This document shows, piece by piece, positions 20,095 to 28,495 of a stretch of DNA of 64,000 nt; positions within the stretch are counted from its first letter, which is position 1; every line of letters begins with the position of its first letter. A program made the position numbers and the translations under genes. Below the pieces are notes generated by a model that did not search any database, was not told the origin of the DNA, and was given only the letters and a program-made list of their open reading frames with translations. Source of the stretch: an uncultured Collinsella sp. Its GTDB lineage: Bacteria; Actinomycetota; Coriobacteriia; Coriobacteriales; Coriobacteriaceae. The stretch is from the NCBI GenBank assembly GCA_900551015.1, contig URUI01000001.1:400-64399 (forward strand), written 5' to 3'.

Positions 20095-20099
20095 GGACC

Positions 20100-20669
20100 T
20101 CAGATCCTTTCATGCATATCGAGAACGCGAACGAGCTCATCGGTCGCGCGGTCGAGATCGTCATTCACCACGACGTCGTCGTAGCGGTCGGCAAGGGCAA
20201 GCTCATCGGCGGCGTTTGCCATACGCAGCTCAATCGTCTCGGGCGTCTCGGTACCGCGACCGACTAGACGCTCGCGGAGCACCTCAAGCGAAGGCGGCTT
20301 GATAAAGATCAGCACGGCCTCGGGGAAACGCTCCTTCACCTGCAGGGCGCCCTGGACATCGATCTCCAAAATCAGAGACGCGCCCGAGGCGAGCTTGGAT
20401 GTGACCTCGCTCACCAACGTGCCGTAGCAGTTACCGTGGACCTCGGCCCACTCAACAAACTCACCGTTTGCCACGCGGCGGTCGAACTCCTCGCGCGTCA
20501 GAAAAAAGTAGTTGACGCCGTCGACCTCACCTTTGCGTGGTGCTCGCGTGGTAGCCGAAACCGTCAGACCCAGGTTCGAGCGGCGCTCGCGCACACGAGT
20601 GACGAGCGTACCCTTGCCTGCGCCTGACGGTCCAGAAATCACAAAGAGCTTGGAATCCTGAGCGCTCAC
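20100..20669 (-). CDS. gmk: Guanylate kinase
   Basis: The P-loop GPSGAGKGT and guanylate-kinase motifs are present. The start is GTG. Confidence 0.9.
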   Translation of the reverse strand: MSAQDSKLFVISGPSGAGKGTLVTRVRERRSNLGLTVSATTRAPRKGEVDGVNYFFLTREEFDRRVANGEFVEWAEVHGNCYGTLVSEVTSKLASGASLILEIDVQGALQVKERFPEAVLIFIKPPSLEVLRERLVGRGTETPETIELRMANAADELALADRYDDVVVNDDLDRATDELVRVLDMHERI

Positions 20670-20978
20670 TTATTTGGTCAGCTGCTCGAGGAGCTGCTCG
20701 CGCTGACGGACGCCGAGGCCCTGGACGCGACGAGTAGCGGAGATACCGAGCTCCTCCATGATCTTGGCGGCCTTGGCCTTGCCATAACCGGGGAGAGACT
20801 CGATGAGGGTGGAAACCTTCATGCGGGAAGCGATGGGGTCATCGGAGTTGAGCACGGACTCGAGGGACTTCTCGCCCTTCTTGATCTGCTCGCGAAGCTC
20901 AGCGCGGGCGTGACGTGCGGCAGCAGCCTTCTCAAGAGCCTGCTTGCGCTGCTCGTCGGTAAGCTGAGGGAGTGCCAT
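20670..20978 (-). CDS. mihF: Actinobacterial integration host factor MihF-like DNA-binding protein
   Basis: A ~100-aa basic protein, MALPQLTDEQRKQALEKAAAARHARAELREQIK... The mihF-gmk-rpoZ synteny with pyrF upstream matches Actinobacteria. Confidence 0.75.
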   Translation of the reverse strand: MALPQLTDEQRKQALEKAAAARHARAELREQIKKGEKSLESVLNSDDPIASRMKVSTLIESLPGYGKAKAAKIMEELGISATRRVQGLGVRQREQLLEQLTK

Positions 20979-21022
20979 TCGTACCTCCAAATAGTTGGGT
21001 TATATCTGATTCAATAATTGGC

Positions 21023-21050
21023 ATTTTAGCACGTAGAACGTACAAAATGC
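21023..21050 (-). promoter_or_regulatory. Putative mihF promoter with an extended -10 (TGCTAAAAT) in the AT-rich spacer
   Basis: The minus-strand sequence CGTGCTAAAATGCC lies ~45 nt upstream of the mihF start. Confidence 0.3.
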
Positions 21051-21217
21051 CTAATCGCGGCTCCATAGGTTAGACGATACCCGCAAAAAGTGCAATATAC
21101 TGCGCCCAAAGTTAAGCCCCTGACCTGCGATTCCACACAAAGGATGGGAAAGTTTACGCAGGCACAGGGGCTATTTTGTGCTAATGAGACCCAAAAGTGG
21201 TGACTTAGGGGAATCTT

Positions 21218-21934
21218 TTACGCGACGTTTTCGACCAGCTCGGCGACGATAGCGTCAAAGGCGGCAACCGGATCGTCGGCACCGGTGATGGGACGGCCCA
21301 CCACAATGTGGCTTGCGCCACGCTCGATAGCCTGGGAAGGCGTCGCCACGCGGGACTGGTCACCAAGGGCGGCACCCACCGGACGCACACCCGGAGTCAC
21401 GATCAGGGCATCAGGACCCAGCAGCTCACGCATGTCGTGAGCCTCCATCGGTGAGCACACGATGCCATCGATGCCGTTGGCCTGAGCAAGCTTTGCCAAG
21501 CGGGCGGCCTCCTCGGCCACGGGAGACTCGACGCCGATCTCGCTCAAGGCATCCTGATTCATGCTCGTGAGCACGGTGATGGCGACGAGCTTGGCGCGGT
21601 CCTCACGCGCCTCCTCGGCACCCTCGCGGCAGGCAGCGAGCATAGCACCCGAGCCCAGGCCGTGGACCGAAAGCAGGTCGGCACCGGCAAGCGAGGCCGA
21701 GCGGGCAGCGCCGCGCACCTGATGCGGAATGTCATGGAACTTAAGGTCGAGGAAGACCTTAAAGCCAAGGTCCTTAAAGGTCTTGACGATCTGGGGACCC
21801 TCAGCGTAATAGAGCGTCATGCCGACCTTGAGCCAGGCGGCATGGCCCGAAAGCTCGTGGGCGAGATCGAGCGCGCGCTCACGGTCGCAGTCGAGGGCGA
21901 CGATAACACGGTCGCGGGCATCATTCTCTAGCAT
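21218..21934 (-). CDS. pyrF: Orotidine 5'-phosphate decarboxylase
   Basis: The motifs DLKFHDIP and the C-terminal VVGRPI are present. 238 aa. Confidence 0.9.
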   Translation of the reverse strand: MLENDARDRVIVALDCDRERALDLAHELSGHAAWLKVGMTLYYAEGPQIVKTFKDLGFKVFLDLKFHDIPHQVRGAARSASLAGADLLSVHGLGSGAMLAACREGAEEAREDRAKLVAITVLTSMNQDALSEIGVESPVAEEAARLAKLAQANGIDGIVCSPMEAHDMRELLGPDALIVTPGVRPVGAALGDQSRVATPSQAIERGASHIVVGRPITGADDPVAAFDAIVAELVENVA

Positions 21935-22851
21935 TCGAAAGCACCCACCAGCTCGTTGATGTCCTTTACGCCCTGGGACTCGGCCCAGGCCTCGAGCTCA
22001 TGCGCGATCTTAAGCGAAGCACACGGATCGACGAAGTTGGCCATGCCGACCGACACGCAGGTGGCGCCGGCCAGGATAAACTCAGCCGCATCCTCGCCAG
22101 TCATGACACCGCCGACACCGTTGATGGGGATATCGACGGCCTGGGCAACCTCCCAGACCATGCGCACGGCGATGTGGTGGCACAGCGGGCCCGAAAGGCC
22201 GCCCTTGGGCTTGGCCACGCGGGACTTGCGGGTATGGACGTCGATGGCCATGCCCTGGATGGAGTTGATGACCGAAAGGCCGTCGGCGCCGGCAGCCTCG
22301 AGGGCCTTGGCGATCTCGGCGACGTTGACCGGCGCCATCTTCACGAACAGCGGCTTATCAGTCACCTTGCGGCAGGCAGCCATAACGGAAGAGGCGCCCT
22401 CGGGCGTGGAGCCCATGGCGGCACCGCCGGCGGCGATGTTGGGGCAGCTCACGTTGATCTCGTAGCCGGCAGCCCAGGGGCATAGCTCGACATACATCTC
22501 GAGTGCGCGGACAAACTCGCCAACGGAGTGACCGGCAACCTGACAGATGACCTGGCAGCCGTCCTTGGACAGCTGTTCGAGCCACGGACCGGACTCGCGG
22601 GCAAAGGCGGCCACGCCGGGGTTCTGAAGACCCACGGAGTTGATCATACCGCCGGGAATTTCGGCCATGCGGGGCGCGGGATTGCCGGGCCAGGGCTCGG
22701 CAGCGCAACCCTTGGTGGTGATGGCGCCCAGCTGGGAAACATCAAAGAAGTTCTGGAACTGCCAACCGTAGCCAAAGGTACCGGCTGCGGTGTTAATGGG
22801 GTTCTGCATCTTGACGCCGCCGAAATCGACGGCCATGTTCACGGTACCCAC
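21928..22851 (-). CDS. pyrD: Dihydroorotate dehydrogenase, class 1B catalytic subunit
   Basis: 307 aa of the PyrD family, paired with pyrK. Confidence 0.9.
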   Translation of the reverse strand: MGTVNMAVDFGGVKMQNPINTAAGTFGYGWQFQNFFDVSQLGAITTKGCAAEPWPGNPAPRMAEIPGGMINSVGLQNPGVAAFARESGPWLEQLSKDGCQVICQVAGHSVGEFVRALEMYVELCPWAAGYEINVSCPNIAAGGAAMGSTPEGASSVMAACRKVTDKPLFVKMAPVNVAEIAKALEAAGADGLSVINSIQGMAIDVHTRKSRVAKPKGGLSGPLCHHIAVRMVWEVAQAVDIPINGVGGVMTGEDAAEFILAGATCVSVGMANFVDPCASLKIAHELEAWAESQGVKDINELVGAFEC

Positions 22852-23642
22852 TAGAAGACCACCACCTTAGAAGCATCGAACACGGGACCGCACATACAAG
22901 CACCCTTCATACCGTCGACCGTCTCGACATTACAGGTGTTGCAGGCGCCAAAGCCACAGCTCATCATGCGCTCGAGCGACACCTCGCAGTACACACCGGC
23001 CTCGGCGGCAGCGGCGGCGACCTTCTTCATCATGACGGCGGGGCCGCAGCTGGCGACGTAGTCGTAGCCGCCCTCTCCAAGCAGCTCGGCTGCCGGATCG
23101 GTGCAAAAACCGTGCGTGCCGAGCGAACCGTCGTCGGTGCACACGTTAACCGTGGCGCCCAGCGCACGGAACTCATCGACACCCACGACTTTGGAAGCGG
23201 TGCCAAAGCCCAGGCACACGTCCACATCAACACCCTGCTCGGCAAGCATGCCGGCAAGACACAGCACAGGCGGAACGCCGATGCCACCGGCGACGAGCAG
23301 TGCCTTCCTGGTGCCCTCGGGTACCATCCAGCCACGGCCACCGGGGCCCAACAGGTTAGAGGTGGAGCCAGGGCCCATCTGGGACAAACGGCGGGTATCG
23401 TCGCCCACGACGGCGTACCACAGCTCGACGGTGCCGGCCTCGGCGTCGGCGCGATAGAAGCTCAGGGGCACGCGAAGCAGCGAGGAGGCATCGCCGGGCA
23501 CGGCAATGTTCACAAACTGACCGGGCTTGAGCGCACTTGCAAGCTTGGGGGCCGAGATTACGAGCGAGAAGATGCCGTCGGCGATCTCCTGGTTCGAGAC
23601 GACCTCGAAGTCGTGCATGCGTGCAGTGGAAGGTGTGGGCAT
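22851..23642 (-). CDS. pyrK: Dihydroorotate dehydrogenase electron-transfer subunit (FAD/[2Fe-2S])
   Basis: An FNR-like fold with a C-terminal cysteine cluster (CGFGACNTC...CMCGP). Confidence 0.88.
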   Translation of the reverse strand: MPTPSTARMHDFEVVSNQEIADGIFSLVISAPKLASALKPGQFVNIAVPGDASSLLRVPLSFYRADAEAGTVELWYAVVGDDTRRLSQMGPGSTSNLLGPGGRGWMVPEGTRKALLVAGGIGVPPVLCLAGMLAEQGVDVDVCLGFGTASKVVGVDEFRALGATVNVCTDDGSLGTHGFCTDPAAELLGEGGYDYVASCGPAVMMKKVAAAAAEAGVYCEVSLERMMSCGFGACNTCNVETVDGMKGACMCGPVFDASKVVVF

Positions 23643-23734
23643 AGACGCTCCAATCCCCCATGCGGTTGCATGGTCTAAACGAACAGAAAGCGCGGCACCG
23701 CAAGGGCGCCGCGCACAAAAGCGATAAGGCTATG

Positions 23735-25039
23735 CTAGCAGATGCAGCCGTCGGCGAGCGTCTGCTTGCCACCGACAAATACATCGGTGGCACGACCGGT
23801 GAGCGTGCGGCCGGCAAAACCGGAGTTCTCGGCGCGCGACTCGTAACCGTCCTCGCCAACCGTCCAGGTTGCGGAGGGGTCGAACACGGTCAGGTCGGCG
23901 ACAGAGCCCGCCTTGACCTGAACCTGATCGAGGCCCAGAATCTCACGCGGCTTGATGGCCATGAGCTCGACCATGCGGCTCACGCTCATCTTGCCCGTGT
24001 TGACCAGCTCAGTGAGCACGAGCGACAGCGAAGTCTCGAGGCCAATCATTCCAAAGGGCGCGAGCTCGAACTCGCGGGCCTTCTCCCACGGGGTGTGGGG
24101 AGCGTGGTCGGTAACGATAGCGTCGACGGTACCGTCGATGACACCCTGACGGATTGCCTCAGCGTCCTCATCGGTACGCAGCGGCGGATTGACCTTGAGA
24201 GAGGTGTTGTAGGTCTCGTCCAGGTCGTTCTCGGTCAGGAACATGTGGTGCGGGGTGGCCTCGCAGGTAACCTGAACGCCAGCGGCCTTACCGGCACGCA
24301 CGATCTCCAGGCCATGGGCGGTGGAGATGTGCTGGATGTGCAGCTTGGCACCAGTCAGCTTGGCGATCTCGATGTCGCGGGCGATCTGGAGCTCCTCGCC
24401 GGCAGCCGGCCAGCCCTCGAGAGCCAGACGGGTCGAGACCTTGCCCTCGTTGATCTGGCCGTGGCCGACCAGGTCCTCGTCCTGGCAGTGGCTCATAAAG
24501 ACCTTGCCGAACATCTTGCCGTAGTCCATGCAGCGACGGAGCATGCCCGCGCCCTGCACGCCGCGACCGTCGTCGGTGAAGGCGACGGCGCCATGGGCGA
24601 CCATATCGCCCATCTCGGACATGGCCTCGCCCTTAAGACCGCGGGTCATGGCGCCCGACGGATAGACGCGGCAGTGACCGACCTCGGCAGCACGGGACTT
24701 GACGAACTCCACGACGGTGCCGTTATCGGTGACGGGATCGGTGTTGGGCATGGAGCACACACCGGTAAAGCCGCCCTTGGCAGCTGCGCGAGTGCCGCTC
24801 TCGATGTCCTCTTTGACCTCGTAGCCGGGCTCGCGAAGGTGAACGTGCATATCCACCAGGCCGGGGACGAGGTACTTGCCGGAAAGGTCGCGGACCTCGG
24901 CTCCCTCGACGGCGAGATTCTCGCCGACCTCGGCGATCTTGTCGCCGTCAATCAGGACGTCAACGACACCGTCAAGCTCGACAGACGGGTCGACGACGTG
25001 GGCATTCTTAAGAAGCAAGGCCATTATCGGCACCTCCAA
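23735..25039 (-). CDS. pyrC: Dihydroorotase
   Basis: The metal-binding motifs HVHLRE and DHAPH are present. The start may be the internal MALLLKN. Confidence 0.9.
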   Translation of the reverse strand: MEVPIMALLLKNAHVVDPSVELDGVVDVLIDGDKIAEVGENLAVEGAEVRDLSGKYLVPGLVDMHVHLREPGYEVKEDIESGTRAAAKGGFTGVCSMPNTDPVTDNGTVVEFVKSRAAEVGHCRVYPSGAMTRGLKGEAMSEMGDMVAHGAVAFTDDGRGVQGAGMLRRCMDYGKMFGKVFMSHCQDEDLVGHGQINEGKVSTRLALEGWPAAGEELQIARDIEIAKLTGAKLHIQHISTAHGLEIVRAGKAAGVQVTCEATPHHMFLTENDLDETYNTSLKVNPPLRTDEDAEAIRQGVIDGTVDAIVTDHAPHTPWEKAREFELAPFGMIGLETSLSLVLTELVNTGKMSVSRMVELMAIKPREILGLDQVQVKAGSVADLTVFDPSATWTVGEDGYESRAENSGFAGRTLTGRATDVFVGGKQTLADGCIC

Positions 25040-25952
25040 GCAGCAGATACAGGATAGCCATACGCACGCAGATACCGGCGTAGACCTGCTCCAGGATGAC
25101 GGAGCGTTGCGGGTGGTCGGCCATATAGGAGTCGAACTCGACGCCGCGGTTGATGGGGCCCGGGTGGCAGATGATCGTATCGGGCTTCATGAGCTTCTCG
25201 CGGTCCTTGGTCAGGCCGAAGAGCTTGTGATACTCGCGAATCGTGGGGAACGGAGCGCCCTCAAGGCGCTCCTGCTGCACGCGCAGCATGTAGACGACGT
25301 CCAGCTCGGGCAGGACGGAATCGAGGTCGCTCGTCACGTGGTCGCAACCCAGAACCTCGGGCGCCGGCGGCAGCAGCGTGCCGGGGGCGACAGCGTAGGT
25401 CTCGCAGCCCATGATCTTAAGGGCGGGGATCAGCGAGCCGCAGACACGGGAGTGCGCGATATCGCCGACGACAGCGACCTTCAGACCGTGGAAGTCACCC
25501 TTGTGCTCCCAGATGGTGTACAGGTCGAGCAGGGCCTGCGTAGGATGGTTGTGCTTGCCGTCGCCGGCGCAGATAACGCTCGCGGGCGAGTTCTGCGTGA
25601 CGATGTAGGGAGCACCGGCGTGCTTATCGCGAACGACGATGCAATCAATCTTGTAGGCGTTGAGGGTCTCGACGGTGTCGACGAGGCTCTCGCCCTTGAC
25701 CGTGGAGGTCGAGGAGCCGCCAAAGTTGAGGCTGTCGGCCGAAAGGCGCTTCTCGGCGAGCTCGAAGGAGCTGCGGGTGCGCGTCGAGGGCTCGTTGAAC
25801 ATGTTGACGATGGTCTTGCCCTTGAGCGTGGGGACCTTCTTGATCGCACGCTCGTTGACCTCGGAGAACGCCTTGGCGGTCTCGAGGATGAGCTTGATGT
25901 CCTCTTCGGAGTACTCGGTAATGTCGATCAGGTGCTTATGGTTGAACGCCAC
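25008..25952 (-). CDS. pyrB: Aspartate carbamoyltransferase catalytic subunit
   Basis: The motifs STRTR and HPTQ are present. I chose the GTG start (VAFNHKHL) with a GGAGGTGA RBS. The track ORF extends 12 codons upstream and would overlap pyrR. Confidence 0.88.
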   Translation of the reverse strand: MAFNHKHLIDITEYSEEDIKLILETAKAFSEVNERAIKKVPTLKGKTIVNMFNEPSTRTRSSFELAEKRLSADSLNFGGSSTSTVKGESLVDTVETLNAYKIDCIVVRDKHAGAPYIVTQNSPASVICAGDGKHNHPTQALLDLYTIWEHKGDFHGLKVAVVGDIAHSRVCGSLIPALKIMGCETYAVAPGTLLPPAPEVLGCDHVTSDLDSVLPELDVVYMLRVQQERLEGAPFPTIREYHKLFGLTKDREKLMKPDTIICHPGPINRGVEFDSYMADHPQRSVILEQVYAGICVRMAILYLLLGGADNGLAS

Positions 25953-25956
25953 GGTA

Positions 25957-26553
<597 letters not shown>

Positions 26554-26793
26554 TCACATGTCTTGACTGCTGACACAGTCAAAAAAATAGATGCCCAACC
26601 GCTTAAGCGGACCAGACACCCACAGGAAAGGCTGCTCTTTGGCAGCTATGTAATTCCATGTGGGTATCTCGTACCCCTTTAATGGTCAAGGGATAGTGTA
26701 GCCAACCTCGAGCTTAATTGCGAGCATAAATACAGAGCAATCCGTAAACGTGCGCAGGCGCTCCATAAACCTATATATATTTGTGGGACGAGC

Positions 26794-26822
26794 TTGAAAA
26801 CACACGCACGAGCTGGCATAAT
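26794..26822 (+). promoter_or_regulatory. Putative sigma-70-type promoter for rpmB (TTGAAA-17-CATAAT)
   Basis: The sequence is cTTGAAAacacacgcacgagctggCATAAT. A ~170-nt leader follows that contains small hairpins. Confidence 0.35.
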
Positions 26823-26991
26823 CCCCTCTGCTGCACGCAAATCGGATCTACGTCCAGGGCCGTAGCGTGGGCACTATCGCCAAAAGAGGAATATCTCTGT
26901 GTAGATTGCGCACAGGGAGCGACTTCTGTGCTATAGTTCAGGCTTGTTTGCTAACGCGACATGTTCGTTTGTCGCCCAAGGAGGGTCAGTT

Positions 26992-27180
26992 ATGTCCAAA
27001 GTTTGCGAAGTTTGCGGTAAGCACCCCGTTGCCGGTCGCTCCATCAGCCACTCTCACCGCGTCACCAACCGTAAGTTCCGCCCCAACATCCAGCGCGTCT
27101 ACGTCGTCGTCGATGGTCACCGTCGCAAGATGAACGTTTGCTCCACCTGCCTTAAGTCTGGCAAGGTTGCGCGCTCCTAA
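26992..27180 (+). CDS. rpmB: 50S ribosomal protein L28 (C4 zinc-ribbon type)
   Basis: MSKVCEVCGKHPVAGRSISHSHRVTNRKFRPNIQRVYVVVDGHRRKMNVCSTCLK... I chose the ATG with an AAGGAGGG RBS. Confidence 0.9.
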   Translation: MSKVCEVCGKHPVAGRSISHSHRVTNRKFRPNIQRVYVVVDGHRRKMNVCSTCLKSGKVARS

Positions 27181-27249
27181 ATAAGGTCTTACCAACAAGT
27201 ACCTCGGACTCTCCGGGTCAAAGACCTCGCGTTCATATAGAACTTACCA

Positions 27250-27281
27250 AAGGCGTCCTCCCCCACGGAGGGCGCCTTTTT
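27250..27281 (+). terminator. Rho-independent terminator after rpmB
   Basis: The plus-strand hairpin GGCGTCCTCC-CCCAC-GGAGGGCGCC is followed by TTTTT. Confidence 0.7.
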
Positions 27282-27282
27282 G

Positions 27283-27343
27283 CACTCATTGGGGACAGAC
27301 TTACATGAGTGTTTTCACGCATTGGGGACAGACTTAGATGAAT
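27283..27343. repeat. Left terminal inverted repeat of the RAYT element
   Basis: See the mobile-element entry. It contains 2x CATTGGGGACAGAC and the palindrome CACTCAT-N15-ATGAGTG. Confidence 0.8.
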
Positions 27344-27387
27344 GCTTTCCTAAGCTCACAGTGCATCGATCGGCCCCAATCCATACC

Positions 27388-28164
27388 TCAGGCCGCCTCG
27401 TTCCAGCCTGTGGTGGCCTTGGTTACGCTTGTAGCGCCGATACCGGTGATACGGGCAATTTGCTTGACCGTAAGATGGGCCCGCCTGAGCCTTAGCAGAC
27501 AGGCATCGCGTTCGGGGCGTGGCAGGGCCTTGAGCAGCGCAGGATCAATGCTCGGCAGGGCCTCGTGTGCGACGGTAAGGGCATCCTCGTCGGGAATCCG
27601 TCGACGCGGAAGAATCTCAACTGACCAGATCCGCTCGGCAACTTCCTTAAGATGCTCGCAATAGCGACGGGAACCCCCGACAATATCGAGCATGGGGGCC
27701 GCATCGCAGATATCAAAGGGATCGTATCCCAGCTGGTATGCCTTGTAGCTTGACCAGCGGTAGGCATCAAGCGAGTCGAGCGCACCTTTCACGGGATTGA
27801 GATGGATATAATCGAGCAACTGCACCGCCTGCGTGTCCGACTCGACCGCGACCCGCGAATAGCGATTATCAAACAGGTGGCCCGTTCTTCCGGTTTTCCC
27901 ATTGAAATACTTGGCATAGGCCGTCAGCGCGCACTGCATTGCCTTTGAAAGGTTGTCAAATGGATCATCAACCATCAAATGAAAGTGGTTGTCCATAAGG
28001 CACCAAGCCAACACCGCCACTTCAAGGCGCGCAAACCTGTCCGAGATATCCGATAGGAAACGATAGCGGTCGGAATCATCTTCAAAAATAATCTGTTTGG
28101 AGTTGCCGCGGTCAAAGACGTGGTAATAGCCGGTAATCGAAACGGCGCGGGCGCATCGGGGCAT
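27388..28164 (-). CDS. REP-associated tyrosine transposase (IS200/IS605 Y1 family, TnpA_REP-like) with a C-terminal helix-turn-helix extension
   Basis: It has the HuH motif NHFHLMV and the downstream catalytic Tyr region (RWSSYKAY). A C-terminal ~60 aa (LLRLRRAHLTVKQIARITGIGATSVTKAT) looks like an HTH. I chose the ATG (MPRCARA) with an AAGGAGAG RBS. Confidence 0.8.
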   Translation of the reverse strand: MPRCARAVSITGYYHVFDRGNSKQIIFEDDSDRYRFLSDISDRFARLEVAVLAWCLMDNHFHLMVDDPFDNLSKAMQCALTAYAKYFNGKTGRTGHLFDNRYSRVAVESDTQAVQLLDYIHLNPVKGALDSLDAYRWSSYKAYQLGYDPFDICDAAPMLDIVGGSRRYCEHLKEVAERIWSVEILPRRRIPDEDALTVAHEALPSIDPALLKALPRPERDACLLRLRRAHLTVKQIARITGIGATSVTKATTGWNEAA

Positions 28165-28294
28165 AATCTCTCCTTTCAAAGCTGTACAGGCAACACCTAA
28201 AAGGAGAGAAGCAACGCGAAATGCTGAGCCTGTGACCTATTTATATCCAATGAGCGGCAAAAACAGGCCCAGAACGGCAAAATGGCAAATCGAT

Positions 28295-28345
28295 GTCTGT
28301 CCCCAATGAGTGAAACCACTCATGTAAGTCTGTCCCCAATGAGCG
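28295..28345. repeat. Right terminal inverted repeat of the RAYT element
   Basis: Plus strand GTCTGTCCCCAATGAGTGAAACCACTCATGTAAGTCTGTCCCCAATGAGCG. A partial extra copy, TCCAATGAGCGGC, lies at ~28246. Confidence 0.8.
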
Positions 28346-28374
28346 GGACGATGCACTGGCAGATAGTTTTAGTT

Positions 28375-28402
28375 AAAACGCTTCAGTTTGTTAAAGCGTT
28401 TT
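28375..28402. promoter_or_regulatory. 9-bp perfect inverted repeat (AAAACGCTT-N10-AAGCGTTTT) upstream of adhE; candidate operator
   Basis: Seen directly in the sequence. It lies ~95 nt upstream of the adhE start, between the RAYT right end and the putative adhE promoter. Confidence 0.3.
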
Positions 28403-28445
28403 AGTGTGCCTTTTACGGGAATCTTACCGTTCGCCGAATAATTTC

Positions 28446-28474
28446 TTGCTATCATGCAAGACGTAGGGTAAATC
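28446..28474 (+). promoter_or_regulatory. Putative adhE promoter (TTGCTA-17-TAAATC)
   Basis: The sequence is tTTGCTAtcatgcaagacgtagggTAAATC, ending ~22 nt before the adhE ATG. The -10 is weak. Confidence 0.25.
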
Positions 28475-28495
28475 TCCGATCGCAAGGAGACACAA

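Larger units (their letters stand above)
27283..28345. mobile_element. RAYT / IS200-like Y1-transposase element bounded by 57-bp terminal inverted repeats that contain REP-like hairpins
   Basis: The left end reads CACTCATTGGGGACAGACTTACATGAGTGTTTTCACGCATTGGGGACAGAC. The reverse complement of the right end reads CGCTCATTGGGGACAGACTTACATGAGTGGTTTCACTCATTGGGGACAGAC, about 53/57 identical. Each end carries two copies of CATTGGGGACAGAC and a CTCAT..ATGAG stem. Confidence 0.8.
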
